DNA of 64,000 bases from an uncultured Flavobacteriaceae bacterium (lineage in GTDB: Bacteria; Bacteroidota; Bacteroidia; Flavobacteriales; Weeksellaceae), in the NCBI GenBank assembly GCA_963530615.1, contig CAUSDX010000003.1, positions 22,181-86,180 of the forward strand, written 5' to 3'. Position numbers and translations under genes: made by a program. Under the pieces are notes generated by a model. It was not told the origin of the DNA, did not search any database, and was given only the letters and a program-made list of their open reading frames with translations. Shown here piece by piece: positions 9,165-21,054 of this stretch; within the stretch, counting starts at the first letter, position 1, and each line of letters begins with the position of its first letter.

Positions 9165-10361
9165 ATGAAAACATTACAAGGAAAAAAAATCCTTATAGGA
9201 ATTACGGGAGGCATTGCCGCTTATAAAATCAATCATTTAGTCAGAGATTTTATCAAAAATGGTGCAGAAGTTCAGGTCATTTTAACACCATCTGCTAAAG
9301 ATTTCGTTAGCCCTCTTACCTTATCCACATTATCCCAAAAACCTGTTTATAGCGATTTTACTACCCCAAACGGAGAGTGGAATAATCATGTAGATTTAGC
9401 TCTCTGGGCTGATGTGATGCTCATCGCTCCTTGTACCGCTAATACTCTATCCAAAATAGCAAATGGAAATTGCGATAATCTTCTTATGGCAACTTACCTT
9501 TCTGCAAAATGCCCTATCTTTATAGCTCCTGCTATGGACTTAGACATGTATGCACACCCCTCTACTCAAAGGAATTTATCTATCGCTGAGGAATATGGAC
9601 ACATCATCATTCCTGCCGAAGAAGGCGAGTTGGCAAGTGGTCTTATAGGAAAAGGAAGAATGGCAGAGCCTGAAACTATTTTCAAATATATTCATGATTT
9701 TTTTCATCAGGAGGCTTCTTCGTTGAGTGGAAAGCATATCCTCATCACAGCTGGGCCTACTTATGAAGCCATTGACCCTGTCAGATTTATCGGTAATCAT
9801 TCTTCTGGAAAGATGGGCTATGCCCTTGCCGAAGAAGCTCACGGAAGAGGTGCGAAAGTAACGCTTATCTCTGGCCCAAGTGCCTTAACACCTCCGCAGG
9901 GGATTGACTTTCACAAGGTAACTACCGCCCAAGAGATGTTTGACCAAGTTTTCAACCATTACTCCCAAGCAGATATTGCTATTATGAGTGCAGCCGTTGC
10001 AGACTATACCCCTAAGGTTGTCGCTTCTGAAAAAATCAAAAAAAATGAGGAAGAAATGACCTTAACATTAGTCAAAAACCCTGATATTCTCAAAACTATG
10101 GGCGAAAGAAAGCAACATCAGTGGTTGGTGGGATTTGCTTTAGAAACCGAAAATGAAGAGGAAAATGCGAAGGGAAAACTACAGAGAAAAAATTTAGATA
10201 TGATAGTTCTCAACTCGCTAAAAGATAAAGGCGCAGGTTTCCAACAGGACACGAATAAAATAAAAATCATCACTGATACGGAGCAAAAAGAATTTTCTCT
10301 AAAATCAAAAAAAGAGGTCGCCAAAGACATTCTCAATTTCATAGAAAATAAGATTTCATAA
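9165..10361 (+). CDS. coaBC: bifunctional phosphopantothenoylcysteine decarboxylase / phosphopantothenate-cysteine ligase
   Basis: 398 aa with an N-terminal flavoprotein domain (ILIGITGGIAAYK) and a C-terminal DFP ligase domain. Confidence 0.93.
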   Translation: MKTLQGKKILIGITGGIAAYKINHLVRDFIKNGAEVQVILTPSAKDFVSPLTLSTLSQKPVYSDFTTPNGEWNNHVDLALWADVMLIAPCTANTLSKIANGNCDNLLMATYLSAKCPIFIAPAMDLDMYAHPSTQRNLSIAEEYGHIIIPAEEGELASGLIGKGRMAEPETIFKYIHDFFHQEASSLSGKHILITAGPTYEAIDPVRFIGNHSSGKMGYALAEEAHGRGAKVTLISGPSALTPPQGIDFHKVTTAQEMFDQVFNHYSQADIAIMSAAVADYTPKVVASEKIKKNEEEMTLTLVKNPDILKTMGERKQHQWLVGFALETENEEENAKGKLQRKNLDMIVLNSLKDKGAGFQQDTNKIKIITDTEQKEFSLKSKKEVAKDILNFIENKIS

Positions 10362-10369
10362 ATAATGAA

Positions 10370-10408
10370 GAGCAACCGAAAGAAATTCTGGTTGCTCTTT
10401 TATTTTTA
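10370..10408. terminator. bidirectional terminator between coaBC and the tlpA-like gene
   Basis: 9-bp stem agagcaacc/ggttgctct followed by a T-run, lying between convergent genes. Confidence 0.65.
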
Positions 10409-10428
10409 AGAGTCGTTAAGTTTTTATT

Positions 10429-10989
10429 CTATTTATTTTTCTCTAAAAAACGATGCACCTGCGAGGAGTTCCAATCTGCCGCCCCTGAATCTTTCTTTAA
10501 TATTTCGCCGTTTTTACTGATGATAAAAGTCGTAGGGAAAACATTAAAATGAAGAATTTCAGGGAGCTGACTGCTATCAATCATATAAACGGGAACGGTA
10601 TATTGGTTCTTTTCTAAGAAATCCCTTACTTTCTGCTCTTCATCTTGCATTGCTATCAGTACGAAATGAGCATTCTCCTTCTGCTTCATGTATAATTCTT
10701 GAATACTCGGAAACTCTGCTCTACATGGCGGACACCAGCTTCCCCAAAAATTAAGAAATAAGGTCTTCCCATAGAAGTCTGAGAGGTGAGCATCAGGGAC
10801 ATTGATGCCTTTCAGCTCAATATCATACTCCTCTTTCCTTAAAACTCCCTGCACACTTCCCTCCTCTACTGATGGACTGAACAAGAAAACTCTCATCACT
10901 CGTTCTCTAACACCTGGTACAAAGAAAAACACCAATACAAAAACTATAAATACAATGTTTCCTTTATTCTTTTTAATAAAATCTTTCAT
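10429..10989 (-). CDS. TlpA-family thiol-disulfide oxidoreductase
   Basis: 186 aa with an N-terminal TM anchor and a WCPPC thioredoxin-fold active site. Confidence 0.85.
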   Translation of the reverse strand: MKDFIKKNKGNIVFIVFVLVFFFVPGVRERVMRVFLFSPSVEEGSVQGVLRKEEYDIELKGINVPDAHLSDFYGKTLFLNFWGSWCPPCRAEFPSIQELYMKQKENAHFVLIAMQDEEQKVRDFLEKNQYTVPVYMIDSSQLPEILHFNVFPTTFIISKNGEILKKDSGAADWNSSQVHRFLEKNK

Positions 10990-11027
10990 TTTTTTATTCT
11001 AAAAATTAGTTTTAATCTTTTCACACT

Positions 11028-11185
11028 TCTTATTTTGCTCAAACTTTTGGTTTCTACTAAATCAGCCATCTTATTTTGCTTAAACCTTTGGTTTCTACTA
11101 AATCAGTCATCTTATTTTGTTCAATCCATTGGGTTTCTGCCAAATCAGTCATCTTATTTCGCTAAATCCATTGTTCCGAACTATT
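11028..11185. repeat. tandem repeat, 41/42-bp unit, about 3.7 copies
   Basis: The unit cttattttgctcaaacttttggtttctactaaatcagccat repeats at 11028, 11070 and 11111, with a partial copy at 11153. It lies in the intergenic region between the miaA stop and the tlpA-like start. Confidence 0.9.
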
Positions 11186-11301
11186 TATGAATTCATCAAT
11201 GCTTCCTTTTTCATTTTCCTGTCAATTATATATTCATCATTCCATGAAAAAATGTTTTTTCTTGCTTTCATAAAATCATTATCAGCTCAAATCTTTATTG
11301 C

Positions 11302-12216
11302 CTACTCATTTATGCGTTCATATTTTTGTAAAAAAATGCTTAAATCCTCTTTTATGTAATCATAATTGAGCCACTGGACATGATTGAGCTTTTTAAGCCA
11401 AGTTAATTGTCTCTTGGCATATCTTCTGGAGTTTTTCTTAATCTCTGAAACGGCAAAATCCAAATCCCAATCCCCATCAAAATACTTAAACAGCTCGGCA
11501 TATCCTACCGTTTGCAATGCGGTATTGTTTCGGTAAAGGAGAAGATTTTTAGCCTCTTGTAAGAGTCCTTGCTCCATCATTTTATCTACTCTTTGGTTTA
11601 TTCTGTCATACATCACCTCTCGCTCTGCTGTGAGACCTATCCTTATCGTTTCAAAATTTCTTTGTGGCAAAGGCTGAGCGATATTCTCTATATAGGTCTT
11701 CCCTGTTTGCCAAATAATATCCAATGCTCTGAGCAGACGGCGAGGGTTTTCCCTATCCACCACCTGATAATATTCCTTATCAGCTTCCTCTAACATGTTT
11801 TGGAGGGTTTCTATTCCCTTTTCTCTCCAAATCTGCTCCAGCTGACGCTGATTTTCTTCATTAGCTTCAGGCAGATTATTCAGCCCCTCCACCAAAGCTT
11901 TCTCATACATCCCAGAACCTCCCACCAAAACCACTTCATCAAACTTCAAAAACAGCTCTTCTAACTTTGCCAAAGCATCTATCTCATACTGCCCGATAGA
12001 ATACTCCTCCTCTACACTTAAATTCCCAATAAAATGATGCTTAACCTCCGCTAGTTCATCTCCGTCTGGTGCAGCTGTCCCAATAGGCATTTCCTTAAAA
12101 AATTGCCTTGCATCACATGACAAAATCTCTGTATCAAAGTGCTTGGCTACTAAAATAGCCAGCTTGGTTTTACCAATCCCCGTAGGACCTACAATAGAAA
12201 ATAGTCTTTTCTTCAT
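11302..12216 (-). CDS. miaA: tRNA dimethylallyltransferase
   Basis: 304 aa with the P-loop IVGPTGIGKT and the typical MiaA length. Confidence 0.92.
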   Translation of the reverse strand: MKKRLFSIVGPTGIGKTKLAILVAKHFDTEILSCDARQFFKEMPIGTAAPDGDELAEVKHHFIGNLSVEEEYSIGQYEIDALAKLEELFLKFDEVVLVGGSGMYEKALVEGLNNLPEANEENQRQLEQIWREKGIETLQNMLEEADKEYYQVVDRENPRRLLRALDIIWQTGKTYIENIAQPLPQRNFETIRIGLTAEREVMYDRINQRVDKMMEQGLLQEAKNLLLYRNNTALQTVGYAELFKYFDGDWDLDFAVSEIKKNSRRYAKRQLTWLKKLNHVQWLNYDYIKEDLSIFLQKYERINE

Positions 12217-12369
12217 TACTACTCATTCATAAAAGCGTGTAAATATATCACTTTTTATTCCATGATAAATAACCCTAATCATAAAAAACAATCCTCCCTA
12301 AATACAACCTTATAAAACCCAAGTTATATTTAGGGAGAATATAAATTTTTCAGTAATATAGTATTCTTA

Positions 12370-13227
12370 CTATTTTGTAACTAACAATTTTTGAGCGTGG
12401 TCCTGAAGATTTAATCTAAAATTCCCATCATATGGAGCTCTTGCCGTTACTACTACAGAAACACTATAATCACTTGCATCTCCTCCTGCAGGAACTAAAT
12501 AGTTCATCAAAATAGGCTGACTAAATTCACTATCAAAACCTTTAGATAAAATATTCGCTGTAGTACCAGTAATATCAGTCTCAGCAGTATTATAATTTCT
12601 TCCCCTAAAATTTACAATTTGTTTCACCTTTCTTATCATAGTATTTCCTTTATAAAGATATAAGTATATAACAACTTGTCTATCTCCATTAACGGCCATA
12701 TCATTAAGAGCCTTATTTGCATCTGAAGTAGCTCCATTTTTTTGAACCTCAAAATTAATTATAGCTTCTATAGTTAAGAATTCTCCTGCATTTGCTGTAA
12801 AACTGGTATTTCCATTTGTATAATTACCTACTGACGCATTCACATCATTTTTTACACCAAACACAAGATAATTATCAAATACCTTTTGAGGACCTTTTGG
12901 TCTATCTACTTCTGCCGTACCTCCTCTAGCTCCATCATCATTTGTATTCCATTTTAATCCAGTTGCAGGATGGTCAATAATGTTTATCAGTGGTGTTCTA
13001 CTAATAAAAGCACCGAAGTCTCTCTTCCCCAGAGTACCATCATCTTTTGCTACTACCACCTTAGGGAAATCAACGGCATCTGCTCCATCTGCTAATGTTC
13101 TTATTCTTCCGTTTCCTTCAACATCTAAGGCTTCTGTAGGAGCAGTGTTATTAATCCCTACCATTCCTGTTTGAGCAAAGCCCATACTGGAAACCATCAT
13201 TCCTAATAAAAATAAATTTTTTCTCAT
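12370..13227 (-). CDS. secreted hypothetical protein
   Basis: 285 aa with a signal peptide (MGFAQ). The N-terminal GINNTAPTEALDVEGNGRIR motif is common in flavobacterial surface proteins. No catalytic motif recognised. Confidence 0.6.
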   Translation of the reverse strand: MRKNLFLLGMMVSSMGFAQTGMVGINNTAPTEALDVEGNGRIRTLADGADAVDFPKVVVAKDDGTLGKRDFGAFISRTPLINIIDHPATGLKWNTNDDGARGGTAEVDRPKGPQKVFDNYLVFGVKNDVNASVGNYTNGNTSFTANAGEFLTIEAIINFEVQKNGATSDANKALNDMAVNGDRQVVIYLYLYKGNTMIRKVKQIVNFRGRNYNTAETDITGTTANILSKGFDSEFSQPILMNYLVPAGGDASDYSVSVVVTARAPYDGNFRLNLQDHAQKLLVTK

Positions 13228-13311
13228 AACATTCTTATTTTATAATCAATCGGCAAATATAAACATAAAAAGATAATTTATATTTAATTTCTTAAAAATT
13301 GGAATTTATAA

Positions 13312-14952
<1,641 letters not shown>

Positions 14953-14996
14953 AAAATATTATAGGATTTTTTATCTTTGTAGCCCTATACGGATTA

Positions 14997-15004
14997 TATT
15001 TTTG
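14997..15004 (+). promoter_or_regulatory. Bacteroidota -7 promoter box (TATTTTTG)
   Basis: Matches TAnnTTTG, 22 nt upstream of the ATG at 15026. A second match (TATCTTTG) lies at 14972-14979. Confidence 0.5.
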
Positions 15005-15025
15005 TTTAATATTATAAATTAAGAA

Positions 15026-16798
15026 ATGCAAAACAATAACGGAGGACTTGAAAGGTCACAATTTATCAACATGCTTGTCTTCGGAGCATTTATATTAGCG
15101 GTAATGCTCTTATTTCAATACACCAATCGTAATGACAAAGAAAGGCAAGAAAAGGCATTGGTAGAAGAACAAGCAAGAGCAAAAAAAGCAGAAGCAAAGG
15201 CTATTGCTATCAATAATGGACATAAAACCGAACTCAAAAATGAGGAGCTTACCTTGGAGATTTCTAATTTAGGAGGGCAAGTTTCTTCTGTGAAGCTCAA
15301 TAATTTTTCTTCTTACAACAAGGAGAATAAAAATAAGAATCTTTACATCTTTGATAATAAAAATTCAAGCTACGGATTTACTTTTAAAGATAAAAAAGGA
15401 AGAAAAATCAGCACTCAGAATTTGAATTTTACTCCAGAAGTGAATGGTAATTCTATCATTATGTCTGCTCAGATAGAAGATGCTACTATTCAATTCATTT
15501 ACACTCTTCAACCTCAATATAAAGTTGATTTTCAAGTAAAAACACAAGGATTATCCAAAATTACCACAGATAATAAGGCTGGTTTTATTTGGGATTATGA
15601 AGTATTAAATGTAGAGAAAGGAAGAGAGCAAGAACAAAGCCACACGGAATTCGTTTACTCTTTTGACAACTATGGAGATTATGACTATGATGCTCGTGGT
15701 GAGTTAGATGAAACGAAAGAAACTCTGGACTGGATCGGTGTAAAACAACAATTTTTCACTACCGTTTTAGAGGCGAAACATGGTTTTAACCAATCTACTG
15801 GGGAGCAAGAAATCCTGAATAAGGGAGAATATGTAAAAAGATTTAATTATAATGCAGAGGTTAATCTCTCTACAAATAAGGAATTTAACGAAGAATTCAC
15901 TTGGTATTTTATCCCTTTGGAATTAGATTTATTAAAGTCTTATAACAAAAACTTTGAAGAAATCCTTCCTTTGGGGTGGTCTTTCATCAGAACGCTCAAT
16001 GTTTGGTTCTTTATTCCTATATATGAACTTATTGAGACTTGGGGGTTAAGTGCTGGATGGAGTATTTTAATTTTAACGATTATGGTTAAAATTATCCTCT
16101 CACCAATTATGTTCAAACAACACAAACTCAGTGCAATGATGAGGGTTATCCGCCCAGAAGTAGATGCTGTGAATGAAAAATACAAAGACGCAGACCCACT
16201 AAAAAAACAACAAGAAGTGATGGCTGTTTATAGAAATGCCGGAGTTAATCAATTAGCGGGATGTCTCCCTGCCCTATTGCAACTTCCTATTTTCTATGCT
16301 CTATTCCGCTTCTTCCCTAATTATATTGATTTCAGAGGTAAAAGTTTTTGGTTTGCAGAGGATTTATCATCTTATGATGATGTTATCAAATTACCATTTC
16401 ATTTTCCTGGATTGGGAGAGCATTTAAGTATTTTTGCGGTAGCATGTACGGTAGTTATCCTTATCTATACAGTGATGACTTCTGGAAATGTACAAGCTCC
16501 TCAACAAGAAGGTATGCCAAATATGAAGCCTCTTATGTACATTTTCCCTATTATGTTTATGTTCTTCTTAAATACGGCAGCTTCTGGATTATCATGGTAT
16601 TATTTTGTTTCTAATGCTTTGAATATTGTAATTATTTTAGTAATAAAACATCTAATCATTGATGAAAAAAAGATTCATGCTCAGATTCAAGAAAACAAAG
16701 CAAAACCTGCCAAAGAAAGTAAATTCCAAAGAAAAATGAGAGAACTTATGGAACAAGCTCAAGAGGCAAAGAAAGAGCAAGAAAGAAATAAAAAATAA
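15026..16798 (+). CDS. yidC: membrane protein insertase YidC
   Basis: 590 aa with a large periplasmic domain, the conserved 5-TM core (GWSILILTIMVK...), and a K/E-rich tail. Confidence 0.92.
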   Translation: MQNNNGGLERSQFINMLVFGAFILAVMLLFQYTNRNDKERQEKALVEEQARAKKAEAKAIAINNGHKTELKNEELTLEISNLGGQVSSVKLNNFSSYNKENKNKNLYIFDNKNSSYGFTFKDKKGRKISTQNLNFTPEVNGNSIIMSAQIEDATIQFIYTLQPQYKVDFQVKTQGLSKITTDNKAGFIWDYEVLNVEKGREQEQSHTEFVYSFDNYGDYDYDARGELDETKETLDWIGVKQQFFTTVLEAKHGFNQSTGEQEILNKGEYVKRFNYNAEVNLSTNKEFNEEFTWYFIPLELDLLKSYNKNFEEILPLGWSFIRTLNVWFFIPIYELIETWGLSAGWSILILTIMVKIILSPIMFKQHKLSAMMRVIRPEVDAVNEKYKDADPLKKQQEVMAVYRNAGVNQLAGCLPALLQLPIFYALFRFFPNYIDFRGKSFWFAEDLSSYDDVIKLPFHFPGLGEHLSIFAVACTVVILIYTVMTSGNVQAPQQEGMPNMKPLMYIFPIMFMFFLNTAASGLSWYYFVSNALNIVIILVIKHLIIDEKKIHAQIQENKAKPAKESKFQRKMRELMEQAQEAKKEQERNKK

Positions 16799-16838
16799 TC
16801 TTTTATTCTATTTAACATACTGATTTTAGTACAAAAGC

Positions 16839-16881
16839 CCTTCAACATATTGTTTTAAAAAAAATTGTTGAAGGTTTTTTT
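16839..16881 (+). terminator. intrinsic terminator after yidC
   Basis: 9-bp stem ccttcaaca/tgttgaagg followed by a T-run. It overlaps the track's TTG start at 16865. Confidence 0.6.
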
Positions 16882-16900
16882 ATTCATACTGCATTTTTAT

Positions 16901-18100
16901 ATGAAAAAAATATTTATCATTGGAGGTGGAGCGTCGGGATTCTTTACCGCAGCAAATTTAGATTCTAATAAATATAAAATCACTATTTTAGAACAGAATT
17001 CTGATATTCTTCAAAAGGTAAAAATCTCTGGAGGAGGAAGGTGCAATGTTTCCCACGCTTGTTTTAACCCAAAAGAATTGGTACAATTCTATCCCCGTGG
17101 TTATAAAGAATTATTAAGTGTTTTTACTAAATTTCAACCTGCTGATACCATGAGTTGGTTTGAGGAAAAAGGTATCTCTCTAAAAATAGAAGAAGATAAT
17201 AGAATTTTTCCAGAAAGCGATTCTTCACAAACAATTATTGACACCTTACTTAAAGAATCTCTAAAAAGAAATGTTAGGATTATTACTAAACAATCCGTTG
17301 TAGAAATTATACCTAATGGTGAACAATATAAAATTCATACCCAAAATCAAAATTATATCGCGGATATTATCATTTTCAGTACGGGCAGCTCTCAAAAAGC
17401 ATACAAAATATTAGAAAACTTGGGGCATAAAATTATTCCGCCAGTACCTTCATTATTTACTTTTAATATTAAAAATGATGCTCTTACAGATTTAATGGGG
17501 ACGGGGTTTCCTTCGGCCATTGTAGAAATTCCTTCATTAAAATTAGAAGAGTCTGGTGCTCTTCTTATAACTCATTGGGGACTAAGTGGTCCAGCAATAT
17601 TAAAATTATCAGCTTGGGGAGCTAGGGAACTCGCTAAAATAAAATATCAATTTGACATTATTATAAATTTCATTGGAATTTCCCCAGAAAATGCTTTGGA
17701 TACATTAAAGAAAGCCAAAGATACTCATTCAAAAAAATCCATTGGTCAAACTAAAATATTTGATATTACCAATAGATTTTGGCATAAAATTTTATGTCTT
17801 GCTCAAATAAATTGCAATAAACAAATTGCTCACTTAACTCACAAAGAAATGAAAAAAATTATAGAACTTCTTTGTAATAATAAAATGAAGGTTTTGGGTA
17901 AAAGTACCTTTAAAGAAGAATTTGTTACTGCAGGAGGAGTAGATTTGAAAGAAATAAACTTCAAAAATATGAAGAGTAAAATTCTACCCAATTTTTTCAT
18001 TTCAGGAGAAGTCTTAGATATTGACGCAGTCACAGGAGGATTTAATTTTCAAGCATGCTGGAGTGAAGGTTGGCTTATTGCTCAAGAGCTAAATTCATAA
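16901..18100 (+). CDS. NAD(P)/FAD-dependent oxidoreductase, HI0933/BaiN family
   Basis: MKKIFIIGGGASGFF dinucleotide-binding start and the GGGRCNVSH motif. The start was moved from 16865 to the ATG at 16901. Confidence 0.85.
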   Translation: MKKIFIIGGGASGFFTAANLDSNKYKITILEQNSDILQKVKISGGGRCNVSHACFNPKELVQFYPRGYKELLSVFTKFQPADTMSWFEEKGISLKIEEDNRIFPESDSSQTIIDTLLKESLKRNVRIITKQSVVEIIPNGEQYKIHTQNQNYIADIIIFSTGSSQKAYKILENLGHKIIPPVPSLFTFNIKNDALTDLMGTGFPSAIVEIPSLKLEESGALLITHWGLSGPAILKLSAWGARELAKIKYQFDIIINFIGISPENALDTLKKAKDTHSKKSIGQTKIFDITNRFWHKILCLAQINCNKQIAHLTHKEMKKIIELLCNNKMKVLGKSTFKEEFVTAGGVDLKEINFKNMKSKILPNFFISGEVLDIDAVTGGFNFQACWSEGWLIAQELNS

Positions 18101-18145
18101 TTATTGAAAATATTAAATTTTATAAACGCTTAATATTAAAAAACA

Positions 18146-18180
18146 AAACTCTTTTACGATTGATAAAAGAGTTTTTATTT
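18146..18180. terminator. bidirectional terminator between convergent genes
   Basis: 11-bp stem aaactctttta/taaaagagttt with flanking A- and T-runs. Confidence 0.6.
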
Positions 18181-18200
18181 ATCTATAAATTAACTTATAT

Positions 18201-18746
18201 CTAATAATTTTTATCCTGAAAAGTTGCTTGAACCTTATCTTTTTCAGACAAAATAATCTCTGAAATGGGAATTTTCCAATCAATTTGTAAATTTTCATCA
18301 TTCCAAATCACCCCTCTTTCTGCTTCTTTACAATAAAAATTATCACACTTATAGGAAAAAACAGCGGTCTCGCTCAACACTACAAAACCATGAGCAAAAC
18401 CTCTTGGAATATAAAATTGTAACTTATTTTCGTCTGTCAGTTCTACTCCAAACCATTTCCCAAAGGTTGGAGAATCCTCCCTCAAATCCACTGCAATATC
18501 CCAAACTTTCCCCTCTACACAAGAAACTAGTTTCGCTTGTGCATATTCTCCTTTTTGTAAATGCAACCCACGAAGCACTCCATAAGAAGACTTAGAAATG
18601 TTATCTTGAACGAAATGTCCATTCATCCCTGTAAGTTCTTCAAATTTTTTCTCATTAAATTTTTCATAAAAATATCCTCTATTATCTTCAAAAAGTGTAG
18701 GCTCTATGATATAACAATCTTTTAATGGTGTTTCTTTAACCCTCAT
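18201..18746 (-). CDS. rfbC: dTDP-4-dehydrorhamnose 3,5-epimerase
   Basis: 181 aa. The motifs DNRGYFYE, LRGLHLQ and PRGFAHGF are present. Confidence 0.92.
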   Translation of the reverse strand: MRVKETPLKDCYIIEPTLFEDNRGYFYEKFNEKKFEELTGMNGHFVQDNISKSSYGVLRGLHLQKGEYAQAKLVSCVEGKVWDIAVDLREDSPTFGKWFGVELTDENKLQFYIPRGFAHGFVVLSETAVFSYKCDNFYCKEAERGVIWNDENLQIDWKIPISEIILSEKDKVQATFQDKNY

Positions 18747-18761
18747 ATTTAGTTTATTTTT

Positions 18762-20297
18762 TTACAATACCTCAATTTTATCATTTACTTTAATTCTAAC
18801 AAACCTTATCAAAACTAAACCTATTAAGAAAAATACTCCCATAAAAAATGCAGCAAACCGCATCCCTGATGCAGTAGGAAGTTCTATATCTATCTGAATA
18901 AAAAATACTCTAATATTATCATAATTATCTATAATAAATGAGAAAATAAAAGCCCCTATCATAATAGCAATCTTTTCCAAAACATCATAAAAACTGAAAT
19001 AAGTAGTATTATCCATACCATTTTCAGGCAATAAACGGCTATAAGTAGAACGAGACATCGCTTGTAACCCTCCCATCACCAATCCTACCAATCCTGCCAC
19101 AGCATAAAAATGATATTCCACATTAAGATTTGCTTTATTCAAAAAATAAGCCCATACACAAACTACAATCCAAAGAAAAACCGTAATACTAATTACATTT
19201 TTATTTCCTATTTTTTGAGATAATCGAGAAAAAACCATCGCCCCAATAATCGCTTCTATTTGGATTAGTAATAAAGTTATAATCAATTTATTTTGAGCTA
19301 AATTAATTTCACTTTTACCAAATAAAGTTGCCATCAAAAAGATGGTCTGCATTCCTACACTATAAAAGAAAAAACTAGATAAAAAATACTTTAAATTCGG
19401 TGTTTGGAATAATTTCCTTCCTACCTTAAAAAGTTCTTTAAAACTTTCTCTGATAATTTCTAAATAAAATTTAATATTTCTTTTCACCACTTCAAACCAC
19501 CCTCCTGCTTCGCTATGGGATTGAAATATATTTTTGAAATTTAACAATACCAAATCTTTAGGCAACTGATCCTTTACTTCTCCAAATTTCGGTAAATATC
19601 TGAATGTATATTGTGAAAAACTGAACCACCAAGCCCCTGTCAATAAGAAACTTATACGAGTATAAAGCAACGCTTCTTCTTTATTTCTTGCCAAAACTTG
19701 GATTAAAATCAAACAAATAATCACCAGAATCACAGACCCTACATAACCATAAACATAACCACGAGCAGAGAGAGCATCTTGCTTATCCTTTGTGGCAATA
19801 TCGGGTAAAAAAGAATTATAAAAAACCAAACTACCCCAAAAACCAACACTTGCCGTAATACTAAATAAAAGACCTAAATAAACCGTCTCCATGCTTGTAA
19901 ATAGTGCCAATCCCATACAAGAAGTTGCTCCTAAATAACAAAAAAACTGCATGAAAGATTTTTTATTTCCTATAATATCTGCTAATGATGATAAAATAGG
20001 TGTTAAAATAACTACAATAAAAAATGATAAAGTCAAAGAATAACCATAAACAGCATCTGGTTCATAAGTTTTACCAAAGAATTTAATCATATTTCTCACT
20101 GGCACATCTATCCATTTACCTGTTTCAGAAATATATTCCTTTTTCTCGTATGCCGTGGTCAAAATAGAATAATAAATAGGAAAAATAGTGGAGGTAATCA
20201 CCAAAGAATATACCGAATTTGCCCAATCATACACCGCCCAAGCTTGCATAATTCGGGGATTGTTTTTGATTTGTTTTTTCATTTTTATAATATCCAA
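18762..20297 (-). CDS. MFS transporter (UMF1/Atg22-like family)
   Basis: 511 aa with about 12 TM segments and the WAVYDWANSVY N-terminal signature. The start may be the internal MKKQIK. Confidence 0.8.
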   Translation of the reverse strand: MDIIKMKKQIKNNPRIMQAWAVYDWANSVYSLVITSTIFPIYYSILTTAYEKKEYISETGKWIDVPVRNMIKFFGKTYEPDAVYGYSLTLSFFIVVILTPILSSLADIIGNKKSFMQFFCYLGATSCMGLALFTSMETVYLGLLFSITASVGFWGSLVFYNSFLPDIATKDKQDALSARGYVYGYVGSVILVIICLILIQVLARNKEEALLYTRISFLLTGAWWFSFSQYTFRYLPKFGEVKDQLPKDLVLLNFKNIFQSHSEAGGWFEVVKRNIKFYLEIIRESFKELFKVGRKLFQTPNLKYFLSSFFFYSVGMQTIFLMATLFGKSEINLAQNKLIITLLLIQIEAIIGAMVFSRLSQKIGNKNVISITVFLWIVVCVWAYFLNKANLNVEYHFYAVAGLVGLVMGGLQAMSRSTYSRLLPENGMDNTTYFSFYDVLEKIAIMIGAFIFSFIIDNYDNIRVFFIQIDIELPTASGMRFAAFFMGVFFLIGLVLIRFVRIKVNDKIEVL

Positions 20298-20322
20298 AGT
20301 CTTCTTATTTAAATAAGCAAAT

Positions 20323-20982
20323 TTAAGAAATTCCCAATATATAATATACCGTTGCCTGAACTCTTGCTAAAATTTCACGACTATGATTTCTGTAAAAGCT
20401 CTCATTTTTAGTTACATCTTGAGCATCATATCCTAAAGCATTCATTCCTTGATTCCTAGCAAGAAATAACGCCCGAAGATTATGATACCCTTGAGAAACA
20501 ATTATTACATTATTTTCTCTAAAAACCTCCCTACATCGGATGATGCTCTGTTTTGTGCTGAATCCTTTAGTATCCTCTACGATAACAGTCTCTGGTACTC
20601 CTTTCTGATAAACTAAATAATTTTTCATGGCTCTGGGTTCATCATAATATGGACTCCTTTCACCACTTACAATTATTTTTTTGATTTTCCCATGATGATA
20701 AAGTGTAGCTGCAGCTCTCATTCTTTCAGTAAAATAAGGATTTGCCTTACCTGATTTCATCTTCGGCGAAGTCCCCAAAACTAAAGCACAACTCCTCGGC
20801 GGGATTTTACTAATCTGATAAAATGTTCTTCCATTGGTCAAGTAAAACACCCAAATATTAGCCCATAAAACAAGCAATAGACCTATTTCCGTGGAAAGAA
20901 ATGTAAGTTTTATAATATTTTTTATTGACTGCAAATTCAAAGTTTTTATCAAATTAGAACAATGCAAAAATAACAATTTCAT
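20323..20982 (-). CDS. SanA/YdcF (DUF218) family protein
   Basis: 219 aa with an N-terminal TM segment and a DUF218-like core (ALVLGTSP..., IIVSQGYHNLRA). Confidence 0.75.
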   Translation of the reverse strand: MKLLFLHCSNLIKTLNLQSIKNIIKLTFLSTEIGLLLVLWANIWVFYLTNGRTFYQISKIPPRSCALVLGTSPKMKSGKANPYFTERMRAAATLYHHGKIKKIIVSGERSPYYDEPRAMKNYLVYQKGVPETVIVEDTKGFSTKQSIIRCREVFRENNVIIVSQGYHNLRALFLARNQGMNALGYDAQDVTKNESFYRNHSREILARVQATVYYILGIS

Positions 20983-21054
20983 TTTTAAGTTTAAAAAATA
21001 ATTATTACCAATCTAAAAACATTTGCTTATCTTTACCGCTTATTTTTTAAGTTT

